Shown: positions 1 through 16,658 of the stretch, piece after piece
How the letters are laid out: each line of letters opens with the position of its first letter
How positions within the stretch are numbered: position 1 is the first letter of the stretch
From: Nymphaea colorata
Lineage: Eukaryota
Length of the DNA stretch: 64,000 nt
Direction of reading: 5' to 3'
Assembly: GCF_008831285.2 (NCBI RefSeq)
Contig: NC_045138.2
Location: 24,924,001-24,988,000 of the forward strand
Position numbers and translations under genes: made by a program
Notes under the pieces: model-generated
Seen by the model: only the letters and a program-made list of their open reading frames with translations
Database searches by the model: none
Told to the model about the DNA's origin: nothing

Positions 1-456
1 TTGTAATTCTTTTCAAAATTTATATAGAAAATGTTTTTTTTTCTTTTACATTAGTTGGTAGGTGTAATTTTTAATTAACAAACATGTTTTAAGTTGATTG
101 CTTTTTTAATTTTAATTCATAAAAATATCAGCCACCCTTATGAGTGAGTGAAGAGGAGTATTGCTTACCGTTCTACTGAAAGCCGAAGCTTCGAGTTTTT
201 TCGTCTCCTCAAACCAATAGCCTTACTTTCGATGTCTTAGGGGCAGAGATAAGTAGGGTATCCATGGGGCATGTACTATGCAGAACCACTTTGAAACCTT
301 AATTTGATAAGTAGACCTGGGTTTAGTTATATGTGGCATCCCCAGGAGACGGGAGTCACTGCTCCATGAACTTGGGTGGATTTGGTTGTTAATTGTATAT
401 TTAATGTTCCATAAAAAAAAGTTTTGGCTTTGCTTCTGCTCTTACTATGTTTCAAA

Positions 457-600
457 TTGCATATTGTTGTCCTTCTTATGCAGCATAAGAAGTTAACGCT
501 ATAGGAACTCGAAACAAATATGTTTCACCTTGCATATTGTTGTCCTTCTTATACAACATAAACAACATAAGATGTTAACGCTATGGGAGCTCGAAACAAA
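457..600. repeat. Imperfect tandem duplication, ~62-70 bp
   Basis: TTGCATATTGTTGTCCTTCTTAT...CATAAGAnGTTAACGCTATnGGAnCTCGAAACAAA at 457-518 and 530-600. Confidence 0.85.
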
Positions 601-3600
601 GACTGATTGCTTTTGAGCCCTCGTCTCACTCTCATCTGTTGCATCAACCCTCTCCAAATAAAAAAAATCAACTACCCTTATATCACCAAAATTTTTATAC
701 TAAAAAAAAAAAATTCTTTTCACAAGATCAACTTGAACCAAACAATGTTTTTATACTAAATCAATAGTCATCAACACTCTAGGGGATTGAAACTATGTAT
801 AAAATATCTTTTAGCATGTTTTTTAGGCGGTTTACTTCTTGTCCATGACCTAAGTGACCTAGGTGACGCCCATTCTCCTCTCTAAGCGGTTTACTTGTTT
901 CTAAAATATCTTTTTAGTCATAAACACTCTTAGCGGGGTGAGATTATTTTATTGAACTTTTATTTTTCTCTTTTAAGGGAGCACTAAATGGGCGTGCACT
1001 CCTACGCCTTGACCAGTGACCGATATAATAAAAAAAATAAGATCTTCAAAACTGCAGTAGGAGATCGAACAATCAAAGCTTCTAAATTACCAATTCATTT
1101 GAAGTATTCGATACACAGCCGTTGGATCTGTAGCTCAGTAATTATAAACACAGCAAAAGTTTTGCCTCTCAGAAAAGAAAATTGGACCCTTTTAGGACCA
1201 CGCCACTTGGTGGATCTGGTTCCCATTTATTACAACTTCAATTTTTTCTTCTTTTCATCTTTCAAGCAATTTCTTACTGCTTACAGTCAAGAAGGTTACA
1301 TCTTTGAACCGGTTTGAAAGTATATATATATATGCCTGCATCTACTTTCTCTCACTAACCCAGATAAAAAAATTAAAAAGTAGTTGGAATAAAATGATAG
1401 TGATACTCTTTTTATGGGCACCAATCACATATTTTAGATTTGAAAGGATAACATACAAAAGAAATGAAGGTGATAGAATAAGGCTTGCTTTTGAAAGTAT
1501 AGCCAAGTGAAAATTTCTTAGGAAAAAAAAAGAGCGGAAACGAGCAAATTGATATTGACGCATGCTCTTGAGGTCCCCAAACTGGGAACTTTCCTCCCCT
1601 TTTCACAACCAAAGTGCGTGATTGACATGCCAAATGAGATCATTAAGTTCCTCGTCATTTTCATTTTGGTCCATTTTCTATTTCCTGCCTTTGTTCTTCA
1701 AGATGTAAACTCCAAAGATTTCAGGTCGAATTCAACTCAAATCCGCGTAACATAAGATTTCGATGTTTATATACACTTGGTTTGTATTTTTATTGGATAT
1801 CAATCGGATATCTGGCTCAGATCCAAACTCGGTTGTAAAGCTTCTAACCAAATTCGACTAAATGAATCTAAAACCTGATTGGTAATCTATTACATCTAAC
1901 CCATTTGTCCCCAAATCCCACATACTGAATTTTTATATCAGGCTTAGATCCAAATTTAGTAAGAAAGCATCTTACCAAATCCGACCAAATGAATTCAAAG
2001 CAGATAAGTTCTCCTTAAAAAAAAAAAAAAGATTACACAATGAAATTTCACACCACCATGCCAGTCATCTTTATCTCTGAGAGGTGACTTCTTTGAGATG
2101 CAATTCTGGAAGCAAAGAGATTCGAATATCCAAAATCCAGACCCGTTGACCCTGACCAGCTCCTGCAATGGCAGCCTTTGCAAAGAGGTGGATGTTTTCT
2201 GGAAGGCGCACCTCTCTTGTCTTCACACGGAAGCAATTATTTAAATGCGTTTGGATAAGTTCAGTTCCAGTTTTTCCTATATGTTTATTTAGCTTTTAAA
2301 ACTAGTCCCTGGTTCCATTCTCGCTGGCCGCATCAACTAATCATCTCAAAACACCGAAAGCGGCATTGGACTTTGAGGGATGGAGAAAAGGAAAGGCTTC
2401 GGTTTTCACTCCAATGGTGAGATTAACCATTTTTCATTCACCTCCGAAACTCAATCGACTCGACTGTGTCGAGACTCAACTGCCTGAGTTTAAACCCACT
2501 ATGTCAACCCATTTGAGTTTCAATAAACTGAAGTCGTGTTAACAACATTCATCGAACCCACTTGGGCAGAGCTGTCGAGCTTGACACAAACTTAGTATTA
2601 CTAGGATCAAGGGGGAAGGCCAAACTGGGCTTTGGATATATACCGATTAGGTTGAAGAAAAGTCTCAAATCGGGCCTGATCAATTGAGAATCTCTCAATC
2701 AAACGGGACCTACCAAGACAATGACTCGATCGGCCGACATCCAAGAATATTATGTTATATCCCAGAACTAAACTCTCGACCTAATTGTTCAAAGTATCCT
2801 ACCCATCGTAGAGTACACGCGATTTTTTATGGATGTTGTTATGTGGTTAAAAGTTAAGAATCAATCGTTAAGAGCACCATGAACCATTGTTGTATCATAA
2901 ATAATTACTAATATTTATATAAAATTAATTTGATTAATTACAAGTTTTTAATTTTTAACCATCCGACAACATTTTATACACAATTATATATATATATATA
3001 TATATAAAAACAAATTATGACAATTATTTTGATGGTCTCAATTTTATCAGGCAGTCCTAAACAAGTGATAAAAAATCTGTCCGTGAGATACCTGTTATGA
3101 AAATATAAACGAACACAAATATTCTTTATTACAAAGAAAAAGAGTTCCTTCTTTTTTTCTGTTGAAGGCTTCTCGTATACAATTTTTCCGGTTGATTTAT
3201 GCAATATACCAACAAATAACGGCCACAGACGATATATTATTACAACTAGCAACCGCGACAATGATGAGTAGCCAATTTTCATCTCATCTCTCTCGTCTCT
3301 CTAGAAATATAGAGGATCATTTGATTTGATGGTTATCAAAATTAAATTTCTTATATATATAATATAAAAGACGGCCAAATGAGAACTCATTCTTACCATG
3401 ATTTTTTTAGTACTAATGTAAATGGCTGATAGTTTTCAATTTGAAAGGACAATATACAGTAGTACAACTTTAATTGTTTAAATCATAAGCTTTAATGTAA
3501 CACCTTATTCTGCGGCTGGTAGTAAAAATCTGTCACCATCGGAGCAACTGAATCAAGGCTAATTTTTATGAATTAAGATCAATCAAAATAAAGCGCGTAA

Positions 3601-4485
3601 ATGAGGGGAAGGCTATGTGGGCATTTAAAATCCGGAGACTTTCTTTGTCCTCGACCAAGAAAATGCCCTCGGTTTGAGGAAATCTGCTATTTTATGCCAG
3701 TAGATTCTCATTTCTCATGCAGGAGAGAGGGGTCGATCCTTATCTTGCAGGCGACTGCAACCGCGTATTTGACTTCTCCTGGATTAATCTTCTATAACCA
3801 TTCGAGGGAAAAAAAAAAAAGTCTGCGATTCATGAGTCATGACACCCTTCCCTTCTAAGTTCAGTATGCATGAGCGAGGAATCCTCCCTTTTTCTGCTTC
3901 TTCTTGGCTCCTTCCTGGCTTGAGAAGAACATATTGGTGGTGGTGCCCCTCTGTCCCTGAAAAGGCAGGGTCCCTCCGTCATCCCTCTTCTACGCACCAC
4001 CTTCAGATACTGACTTGATAGAACTTCCTTTTTAGCCAAAACATCTGATCACCATCTCAAGCATCAGCCCCCCACCATGGTAGGACTTTAGCTCTAATTC
4101 GGTTCCGTCTCTCACCTTTGGCTCTTGGTTTATTGTTTTACCACTGCTTAGATTTGGAACAGGGAAGGGAGGGCGAAGAACTCACAGAGATTTGGTGTAT
4201 ATTGAGGTAATACAATTCTCTTGCTAAGCGAATCAGAGACCACCTTTTCAGTGATCAGTTTTCCCAGTCAAACGCTAGAAGAAGCCTACTTTCCATCAAA
4301 GTCCTTATTAGGTTCCCTTGTTCAAATCTGGCTGCCTTCTTTGACACGGAAGATACCTTGGCTATCTTTCTTCAGAGTCCAGGATTCACTTCTTTCCTAC
4401 CAAATCCGATCTGGGTTCTCTTTTTTGCTTCCTTTCTGGCACTTGAGATTTGCTTTGTGGGGATTAAGAAGACTGGGTGTTGGAG

Positions 4486-8791
<4,306 letters not shown>

Positions 8792-11700
8792 TTTGAGGAT
8801 GTGCAGGTTGCTGGAGTTGTTGGAAATAAGATGCCTGAGTTGCTTTCCGCTTATCTTTTCCTGAAGATCACAATTGACTCAGTACTACACTCATGGGCAG
8901 CTTTGCTTGATGCAATCCAAGACATGGATATCCTGGTGTTGTTCCATTAGTCAAACATTTTTCATGTTATGGAGATTAAGCTGTGTAATCCTCTCGGTAT
9001 TGTACATCTGGATCTGAAGCAAGATGTTGCACTGGCAGTTTCAACGGTGCCTGTATTCAGAACATTCCTTTGTATTCTTTTTTGGCTGTTCGTTTTATTT
9101 GAATGGTGTGAATGAGTTTATGTCGTTGTATTCAACAGTTTGCTCGCTCAAATATTGCTCCGGCAGTTGAGACCTGGATGGCTGGACCAACTTGTGTGAT
9201 GCTTCAATATTTTTGTTTTTGGATTCCATGAATAGCATTTCCACGAACAAGCATTGAAAGCTATAAAGAAATCAATATCGAAGGACTTGGTAGTTTATTA
9301 TCTGCCATGTTCAGAATGGTCTAGTTCAGCAATTCTTGAGCTATCTGTTGCCCTTTTCTATGAAGCAAAGGAAGTTTCTCATGGAAAAATTCTTTCGTGT
9401 TGCCATACCTTGAAACAGCTGAAAGAAGAAGCACATTTCCCGTAAAATACGTTTGGTCTATGGAATTACTCTGTTCTTTGTGACTTTATATTCGAAGGTG
9501 CGTTTTTATTTTTTTCAAAATGCAACAGAAATCACCAAATTGTCTTGAACGCCTCGGACTTGAACACCTAGAGGTGCCTGTTTACCATGTCTTCTTCTGA
9601 GTGTCTGTCCATGTAGGACCCTTGCTTTATTACTCTATAAGAAAGTCTGCCTGAACATCAGGTGCTTGGAAACAACTTTGCTGAATGATGGATCCCTTTG
9701 CGGCAGGTGATTTTTCTCAAGGCATTCAACTTGAATGACATGAAGAATTCAATACCTGCAGCAAGGTTAGAACAGCACAATGGCGTTGTCAATTGTCAGA
9801 AGCGGAGATTGAAACGCTCGATGCCAACGCTGACAAATCAGTGAACTGTTTATCCATCTTCAAACCATCTCTAAATGTGGCTTCTTTCACTGCCAAGGAA
9901 GGTAAATGTGAATGCGGCATGCATATCAGACCTTCTATAAGCGGTTGGTCGCTGAGGGAGCCATCGATTCTGCAACCAAAACAAAAGAATAACCATGATA
10001 CTAGTAGTTGATTCGTATGGATCATTAAATGTAAGAAGCAATTTGGTTCTTAAGGTTTCAATTGTCTTTATGAGCTTCTGTCAGGGCCGTTGATGCTGAA
10101 ACCTTCGTAAAAATAGATTCACGGTTTTTTTTTTTGTCTGACAATTTTCGGTATTCACTAGAACTTTCACAAAATTCAGTTTAGAGTTTCTTTTTGTCCT
10201 ACGCAATTGGCATTTAACATTTGTTTATATTGTTAGATTTGTGAAAGCATTTCGCTCACGAATTGAAAGACCCAGAGAACAAGATAAGAGTGGGCAGCAA
10301 AGAACCAAACCACTTGAATCACAATGATCAGATCAACTCACATGTCGACAATTAAAGTTAACATATTAGAATGACGGACGATTAATAATATTCTGACGAG
10401 GAAATCGTTACCAGATATTTTACCGGTCCCAAATTTTACTGCCCAATGTTATGAGCAAAAAAAAAAAAAGACTAAACAATATTTATCATTTAAAAATTGA
10501 GACAACATGATAACTCCTCCTCTAGTCAGGAAATTCAGTAGCTCACTCCAAGAGTCCAAGTAAGAAACTTGTGTTCTGTTTGCATGTCATTAAAGGACGT
10601 CTGATAAGGAAAACATGATGTTTTTGCAATAGATATTTTTAAAATATTATATTTTTCTTTTAAAACCTTTTCAGTGTTTGGTCGTTCAATTTACGCATAA
10701 TCACAATATATTTCAAAAACAAACATTTCTAATCAAATGCTTTGTTTGAGGTCTAAGTGACGTTGTGGCCCCTTCTTTTGTCTACCCTTAATTCCGTTTG
10801 TAAAAAGAGTTGGCACCTACGAAATTCGAACTCACGACTGTTCAAGAGACAGCCTGACCGTTTCTAAATTGAAGTCGATGAGCCGGGAGAGTGGAGACGC
10901 GAGTGACGAACCACAAGCTGTGAAGATTGACCATCAAAGTCTAAACAGGGAAGAATCAGGTGCTATCCGAGTATTACAAACAAAAGTACGGGGACGTTAA
11001 TGAAAGATTGATGGTTGCGACTTGCGAAGAGGTGAAAAGGGAAGACCAAGAAGTCTCTGCATCTCTCGCTGTCTCTGATTCTCTCTCTGTAGGTAAGCAC
11101 GAGAAGATCCTCCGCCATGGATTAAATCGAGAGTGGTGTTCTGCAATAATCTACAAGGTGCTCTCTCTCTCTCTCTCTCTCTCGCTCCCCACACCCACCC
11201 AATCCCAACCCAACGATCACCTAAGCTGAATCATCTTTGAAGTCAACACCAACGTAGACCCTGTGGGTTTCGTTTAAATTAGAGCGGAGAAGCACACCGC
11301 AACAGTGTGGGTCCAATTTATGTTGGTCGGTTCTTTTCTTAGTTTGAATCATGTCCCATTAGACCTCTAAGATCGGCTGGATTTTCGGGAAGCAAATTGA
11401 GGAATCAGAAGAGGTAAAACTAGCTTTTCCCCTTAAGAAATCATAGGGAATTTGATTCTTTCCACGAGGAAAAAAGGAATTATGTTGAGAAGGGGATTTG
11501 GATTTCCCCGAATCTAACTAGGCCTACCTGCATTGTGGTATTGCAACAGAATGAATGAAAAAATTGAGCAGAATGGAGTCATGTTTAAGCATTTCTAGAA
11601 GGTTAACGAGATTCTGGGTCACTTGGTTGGGGTTCTGGGAGATAATTGCTTTTGCTTGGCTAGAAATTTTTAATTTGCACCCGACAGAAAGCGAATATGT

Positions 11701-12117
11701 TGTTCGTCGAGCATGAATTCTTAGATTTTGATTTTAGATGTGATTGTGCTTTATGAAGGACGGTTTATGATGCATAATGCTAGAAAAATAGAGAAACAGG
11801 ACGTGCAAAACAGGTTCCATGTAGCTGTGATGAGTCTTGGTGGCGATGTCGCTGATGTGCATTTATGTTTGAAGAACAATTTGATGCCATACATACCCGC
11901 ATGTGCCTAGTTCTACAAGTGAAACCTGAGTTTATGGTTTTCCTTATTTACAAAAAGTAGTGATGAACGATATGCTTTAGTGCTGCTATGTTGCTCAATG
12001 TATTTACATGCTGTGTCAGTTTTTTGGTTGAATGACTTCTAGACGCTTTCCTGCATGCTAACAGCGGAACTATTTCTTCGTTTATGACCTTCTCTAGGTT
12101 GTATCTGCAACTCAGGG

Positions 12118-13044
12118 ATGGAGGAGAACTGCTCCACCGGAAAGTCCATAGGAGCTTGTAACGAAAGTGAACCTGGTAAAAGTACAGTTCGTCATGGTGA
12201 TGCAGTGGACACCAGTATAACGCCTGAAGTGGGAATGCAGTTTGAAACACATGAAGCTGCAAGACTGTTTTACGATCAATATGCTAGACATAAAGGGTTC
12301 TCTACCAAAATAAAACGCTCGTGGAAGAGGGGACGTAGTGATGAGTTGTCTGCAATATTGTATTCATGTTCTAAAGCCGGTAGTAAACATGAGAACAAGA
12401 ACACTCAATTTGAAAGAGGGACTTCATTGACAGATTGCAAAGCAGAAATGAGAGTTAAGAGAATGGACACCATGAAGTGGAAAGTGACCGAAGTTGTACT
12501 TGATCACAATCACGAGCTCGTCCCTTCAAGCGTAGATCTATATAGACCCAACCGGTGCATAAGCTCTGGAGTCAGGAGGAAGTTAAAAAAGAGGCTTGTT
12601 TGTCAACCTCTGTCCACCCAGAATCACATGAACAACATCCCCAGTGAGATGAATAAACTTTTGGATATTCAACCTATTTCCTATTTACGAGAGGCAGAGG
12701 GCACGGTGTGCACACCTGCTGATATCAAGGAGTTACCTGGTTCGTACATCTACATCATTGACATGCCTGGACTTAAATCAGATGACATCAAGGTGCAGGT
12801 TGAGGATAACAATATTCTCAGTGTATGTGGGGAGAGGAAGAAGAACGAGAGGGAGGATCCAGAAGCCAAATTTATTAGAATCGAGCGGGTGGGGAAGTTC
12901 ATGAGGAGATTCACACTTCCTGCCAATGCTAATGTCGATTCCATCTCAGCCGTTTGTAGAGATGCTGTAGTCACTATAACAGTAGCCAAAATTCCTCCTC
13001 CTGAACCTAAAAGACCTAAGGTCATAGAGGTTAAGGTTGGCTGA
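12118..13044 (+). CDS. Single-exon 308-aa chimera: FAR1/FHY3-type DNA-binding (WRKY-GCM1-like zinc finger) domain plus cytosolic class II small heat-shock protein (alpha-crystallin/HSP20 domain)
   Basis: aa ~36-135 ([26 protein letters not shown]...YSCSKAG...[11 protein letters not shown]...[14 protein letters not shown]) is a FAR1 DNA-binding domain with C/C/H-N-H ligands. aa ~164-308 ([32 protein letters not shown]...GER...[10 protein letters not shown]...[18 protein letters not shown]) is a class II sHSP. The ORF is uninterrupted, and a plausible 3' splice site (ttctctag, ~12098) lies just upstream of the ATG. Confidence 0.88.
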   Translation: MEENCSTGKSIGACNESEPGKSTVRHGDAVDTSITPEVGMQFETHEAARLFYDQYARHKGFSTKIKRSWKRGRSDELSAILYSCSKAGSKHENKNTQFERGTSLTDCKAEMRVKRMDTMKWKVTEVVLDHNHELVPSSVDLYRPNRCISSGVRRKLKKRLVCQPLSTQNHMNNIPSEMNKLLDIQPISYLREAEGTVCTPADIKELPGSYIYIIDMPGLKSDDIKVQVEDNNILSVCGERKKNEREDPEAKFIRIERVGKFMRRFTLPANANVDSISAVCRDAVVTITVAKIPPPEPKRPKVIEVKVG

Positions 13045-16000
13045 AATTTTTCAGTTGTACTGTCTTGTTGTAGGGGTTCTATTTTTTGTGTCTCAACACT
13101 TCTTTTTTTCTTTTTCTTTTTTTTTCTTTCTCCTGGTCCTTAATGTTCTTCTCCTTCTTTGTAATGAAATTTTTAAGAAATGTAAGCTTTCTCCATTACA
13201 TCTGAATCTTGATTATTATTCTTGAGTTTGATTCTCAAATATTAGTTTGCACCCTCGTAATGACTGCGATTGAGTTACTCTCTTACGTTACTCCTTTTTA
13301 AAAGTCTCCGATAGCCTCTCTCACTTAGCACAGACACAAAGGATACGTCGTGGCTTCCAAGTTTATCAGGATGTAACAATAACTACTACTGACACACACC
13401 TTAGGTTACCTCATTAAAGAAACTGGAGTGTGAAGATAAAATTCACAAGCCATGATGAAAATATCGACAAAAATTGTTGAGGTATCAGCCATTTATAGTG
13501 ATGTGTCAAAATCTCATACGATCCAAAGCAGTTCTGACATGGATCCTGCCTTTTATAATGAAAGTGTTTTTATTTGGCTTTCTGAATATTGTTCTTTGAG
13601 CGCTACACTTATGATTTTGGTACTCCATCTAGCACTGTTAATGAACGAATCTTCATTCCTTTTTTTTTAACGTGGTGTTTAATCATCTAACATGAACAGA
13701 ACAATATGAGGAACAGAGGTTTGCGTGGTACCCAACAGTACTGAGGTATCACATTTAGTCGTCGTCCACTTTATGCTCCTTTTTTTGGAATACTATTCAC
13801 ATACAAAGTCCTTCCAGTCTTTCTGGTTCTTGTCTTGAGTCCTCTGGCTTTTGCACTTAGTTCATCTGAACATTGTCAGTGGCATTCTAACTAAGCTATC
13901 CTTTATCACACTCCCTAGACTCTGACTCAACCTCCAAAAAGGTCTCCCAACTGCTCATCTTTGTTAGTGTTATTGATGTTGAGCTCTACTTTGTTTCATT
14001 TTTTTTTTCTTGTTCAGATGGATGTAGACATGAAATTTTCTTTCAGCTTCAGTTGATTCAGTTTTAGTTCTGTTGCAACACGAAAAATGTGGAAATCGTT
14101 TAAGTATCTGCACAAAGGTTATGCAAATTGTGGCTTTCCTAAATTCCAATGGAAATAACTTTCGCTGTTTTTATCTTTGCAGCCTAGAATAGCTTTTTTC
14201 TATTTACCTGCACGGTACAATTGCGTATGCACTAAAATGACGAACTTACAGATGGAGACGAGGTAACCTTTAAGCAAATTAAATGAAAACATGTCTGAAA
14301 CGTGCAAGATTAGAAGCAAATTCATTCTCACTCCAGCAACTGCGAAATACTGTGTTGAATGTTGATAACTTGATATTAATTATTAAATTTTTAAAAACTG
14401 TGGTACCTTTTTTAAGATATTTCATACTCTGTGGAGGCAGTTGAAAACGCGGGAGAGCACGTTGAGATTGCCCTTCTTGCTCTGCTTCATAAAAGAAACA
14501 GCATGTTGAACAATGTTTACAGTGTCACACCATGCCCATCATCATAGTGTGACCCTGTCCATCATCATAATGTTTACAGTCACTCCACGTCCATCAACAT
14601 TAAGCATTCTTCGAAGAGTAAAAAGCAGCCCAAAAATGGAAATCTCAAAATTTCAATGGTACTTTCTGATGCAAACAGTTTTCTCTTTTCACTAGACTGG
14701 CTGGTGTTGAACAGATCCTTGCTAGTGTACGCGTCATATTTCTTCTCTTTTAAAAGACCAGCTGATTCTCAGCACTGTTACAAGTACATGCCAAGAGGCT
14801 GACGAAAACATGCAAACTATTGCGAGTTCTTTTAATACAATTTGCTCCTGCAAGGTTGGCGGCTTCGGTGAACAAATCTCTAAAGTTGCCATAAACAAAT
14901 CAGTTGTATTTTTTAAATAGCAACTCAAACACCTTCCATGACAACAACCACTCGATAATGCAGAGCCAGTCAGGGGGCAGTTGATGTATTTCTATTGATT
15001 ATTTCATCAGAACCTTGCTTTTGCTGCAATCAAGCTAAGATGTGTGAATGCCCGTTGAATTGAGAGCCACCCCCTTATGCCAGTTGAGATGTTTGGGTAT
15101 AAAATCTGCTTTGATGTGGATGTTCGTCCAGTTATTGACTCAACGCACCCTTAATTGTATCAACTGCAACCTCCGGTGGCTAATTTTCACGCCTATAAAG
15201 AAAATCAGATCCTTTGCTCTTTCATCAAGTTTTGAGACCACAACTTTTGGCCAGACAGCTGATTGGGCTGTTCTCCGAACAAGTAATCTGATGCAACGAG
15301 GAAGAAAACCATTGAGCATCTCTTCTGGCAATGTCCTATCATGCAGCACCTCTAGCAGTTCCTCGGGCATTCTCCTGCGATCGCTCCTCGGCCGCATTCA
15401 TCACTCAAGAAGTCCTCTTCGGGCTGGCATGCTGCCAATTTTCCAAGGTTGGCCGCTTACGGTGACAAATTTGGCTTTCTACCACCTGGTGGGAGGTTGG
15501 TTTTGTGCGCTTGTAACGACTTTTTTTTAATCGAGGCATTAGGGTGGACCCTCTGAGGCTTGCCAAGTGGATTTTATGTGATATTGCCTCTCTCATCAAT
15601 GGTCGTCAACTTGATGTGGACAGGGGTTTTGGGTTTATCACGTCTGCTTTGTAGTCATTTTGTAAGTTATTTCCTTCGCCTTCCTAACAGAAAAAAAAGT
15701 TAACACCTTTCTATATCCTCACATGGACACACACAGAGAGAACTTTGTTTAAACCCGATTAACTTCACGTTCGGTTTCGAAGAAATCTGGAATTAGGAAT
15801 TTTTCCCGTTATCTCAAGATTGCCACGTTTTTTTGGAGAAAAATTGGTGCATATAAAATAAATGCAAATGCCAGAATAACAATACAAGCTAAGAAAAGGG
15901 ACTTAGTTTGGAGATGTCCGAGAAAATGATACAATTTAAAAATTAAACATTCCCTGAAATTTTGACAATTCCCTCAATATCATACCAGCGATGATGGCCA

Positions 16001-16658
16001 AATCGTATTCTTTAGAGGAAATATGTGAATATTCTCTGCAACATGTCGTGATAGTATTTGGAGTCAACCTTCTCAACATTGCACCAGCCTAGATAATATA
16101 TTGACGAAACGATATATTTTCATAAACAGGTCAGAGCAGCAGCAAGTGCACAAATTTCGAGAACACGAATTTGTGTTCATTTTAGTTCAAAAGCCTAGAA
16201 GACTAGAACTAAGTACTAGAAAGAATACATCCAAGTACACAGACGCAACAAACAGCCAAACCCAGATGCATACACATACAGAGGCGAAGGCACAAGGATC
16301 CTTCACAAGATAAATAATAAAAAGCAAACGAGTAAACTGCCCGAAGAACGGAAAGCATGCAAATCATTAGCACAGCGATGTGCTTATAAGAAGTGGATGC
16401 ACGTATCTCAACTAAAGACTACACTGCCCCAGTCACCTGATTCTATCACAGCTAGGGAGAACGTAAAAGAAGTGAGTTAACTGACTAAATAAAAAACTCA
16501 CGCAGGAGGAATAAAAAGATCCAAGTCATAAAATATGACAAATATATTAAAAATTTGAATCAAATATCGGATATCTCAGAAGAGACAATGAATCAGATAT
16601 CACAATGAATTATGAAGCCAAACTATTTGACAACAAATAATGGATTACATGGAAAGAA

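Noticed and set aside
988..3858. Short ORFs upstream of the CDPK
   Set aside because: AT-rich, no recognisable domains, and overlapping degenerate MITE-like or simple repeats.
12750..13025. Antisense ORF over the sHSP domain, and similar antisense ORFs over the PPR, peroxidase and TYW exons
   Set aside because: Shadow frames of real coding sequence, with no independent motifs.
13100..13130. T-rich tract after the fusion ORF as a retroposition poly(A) scar
   Set aside because: It is U-rich on the sense strand, which is typical of a plant 3'UTR. Class II sHSP genes are normally intronless, so there is no evidence of retroposition.
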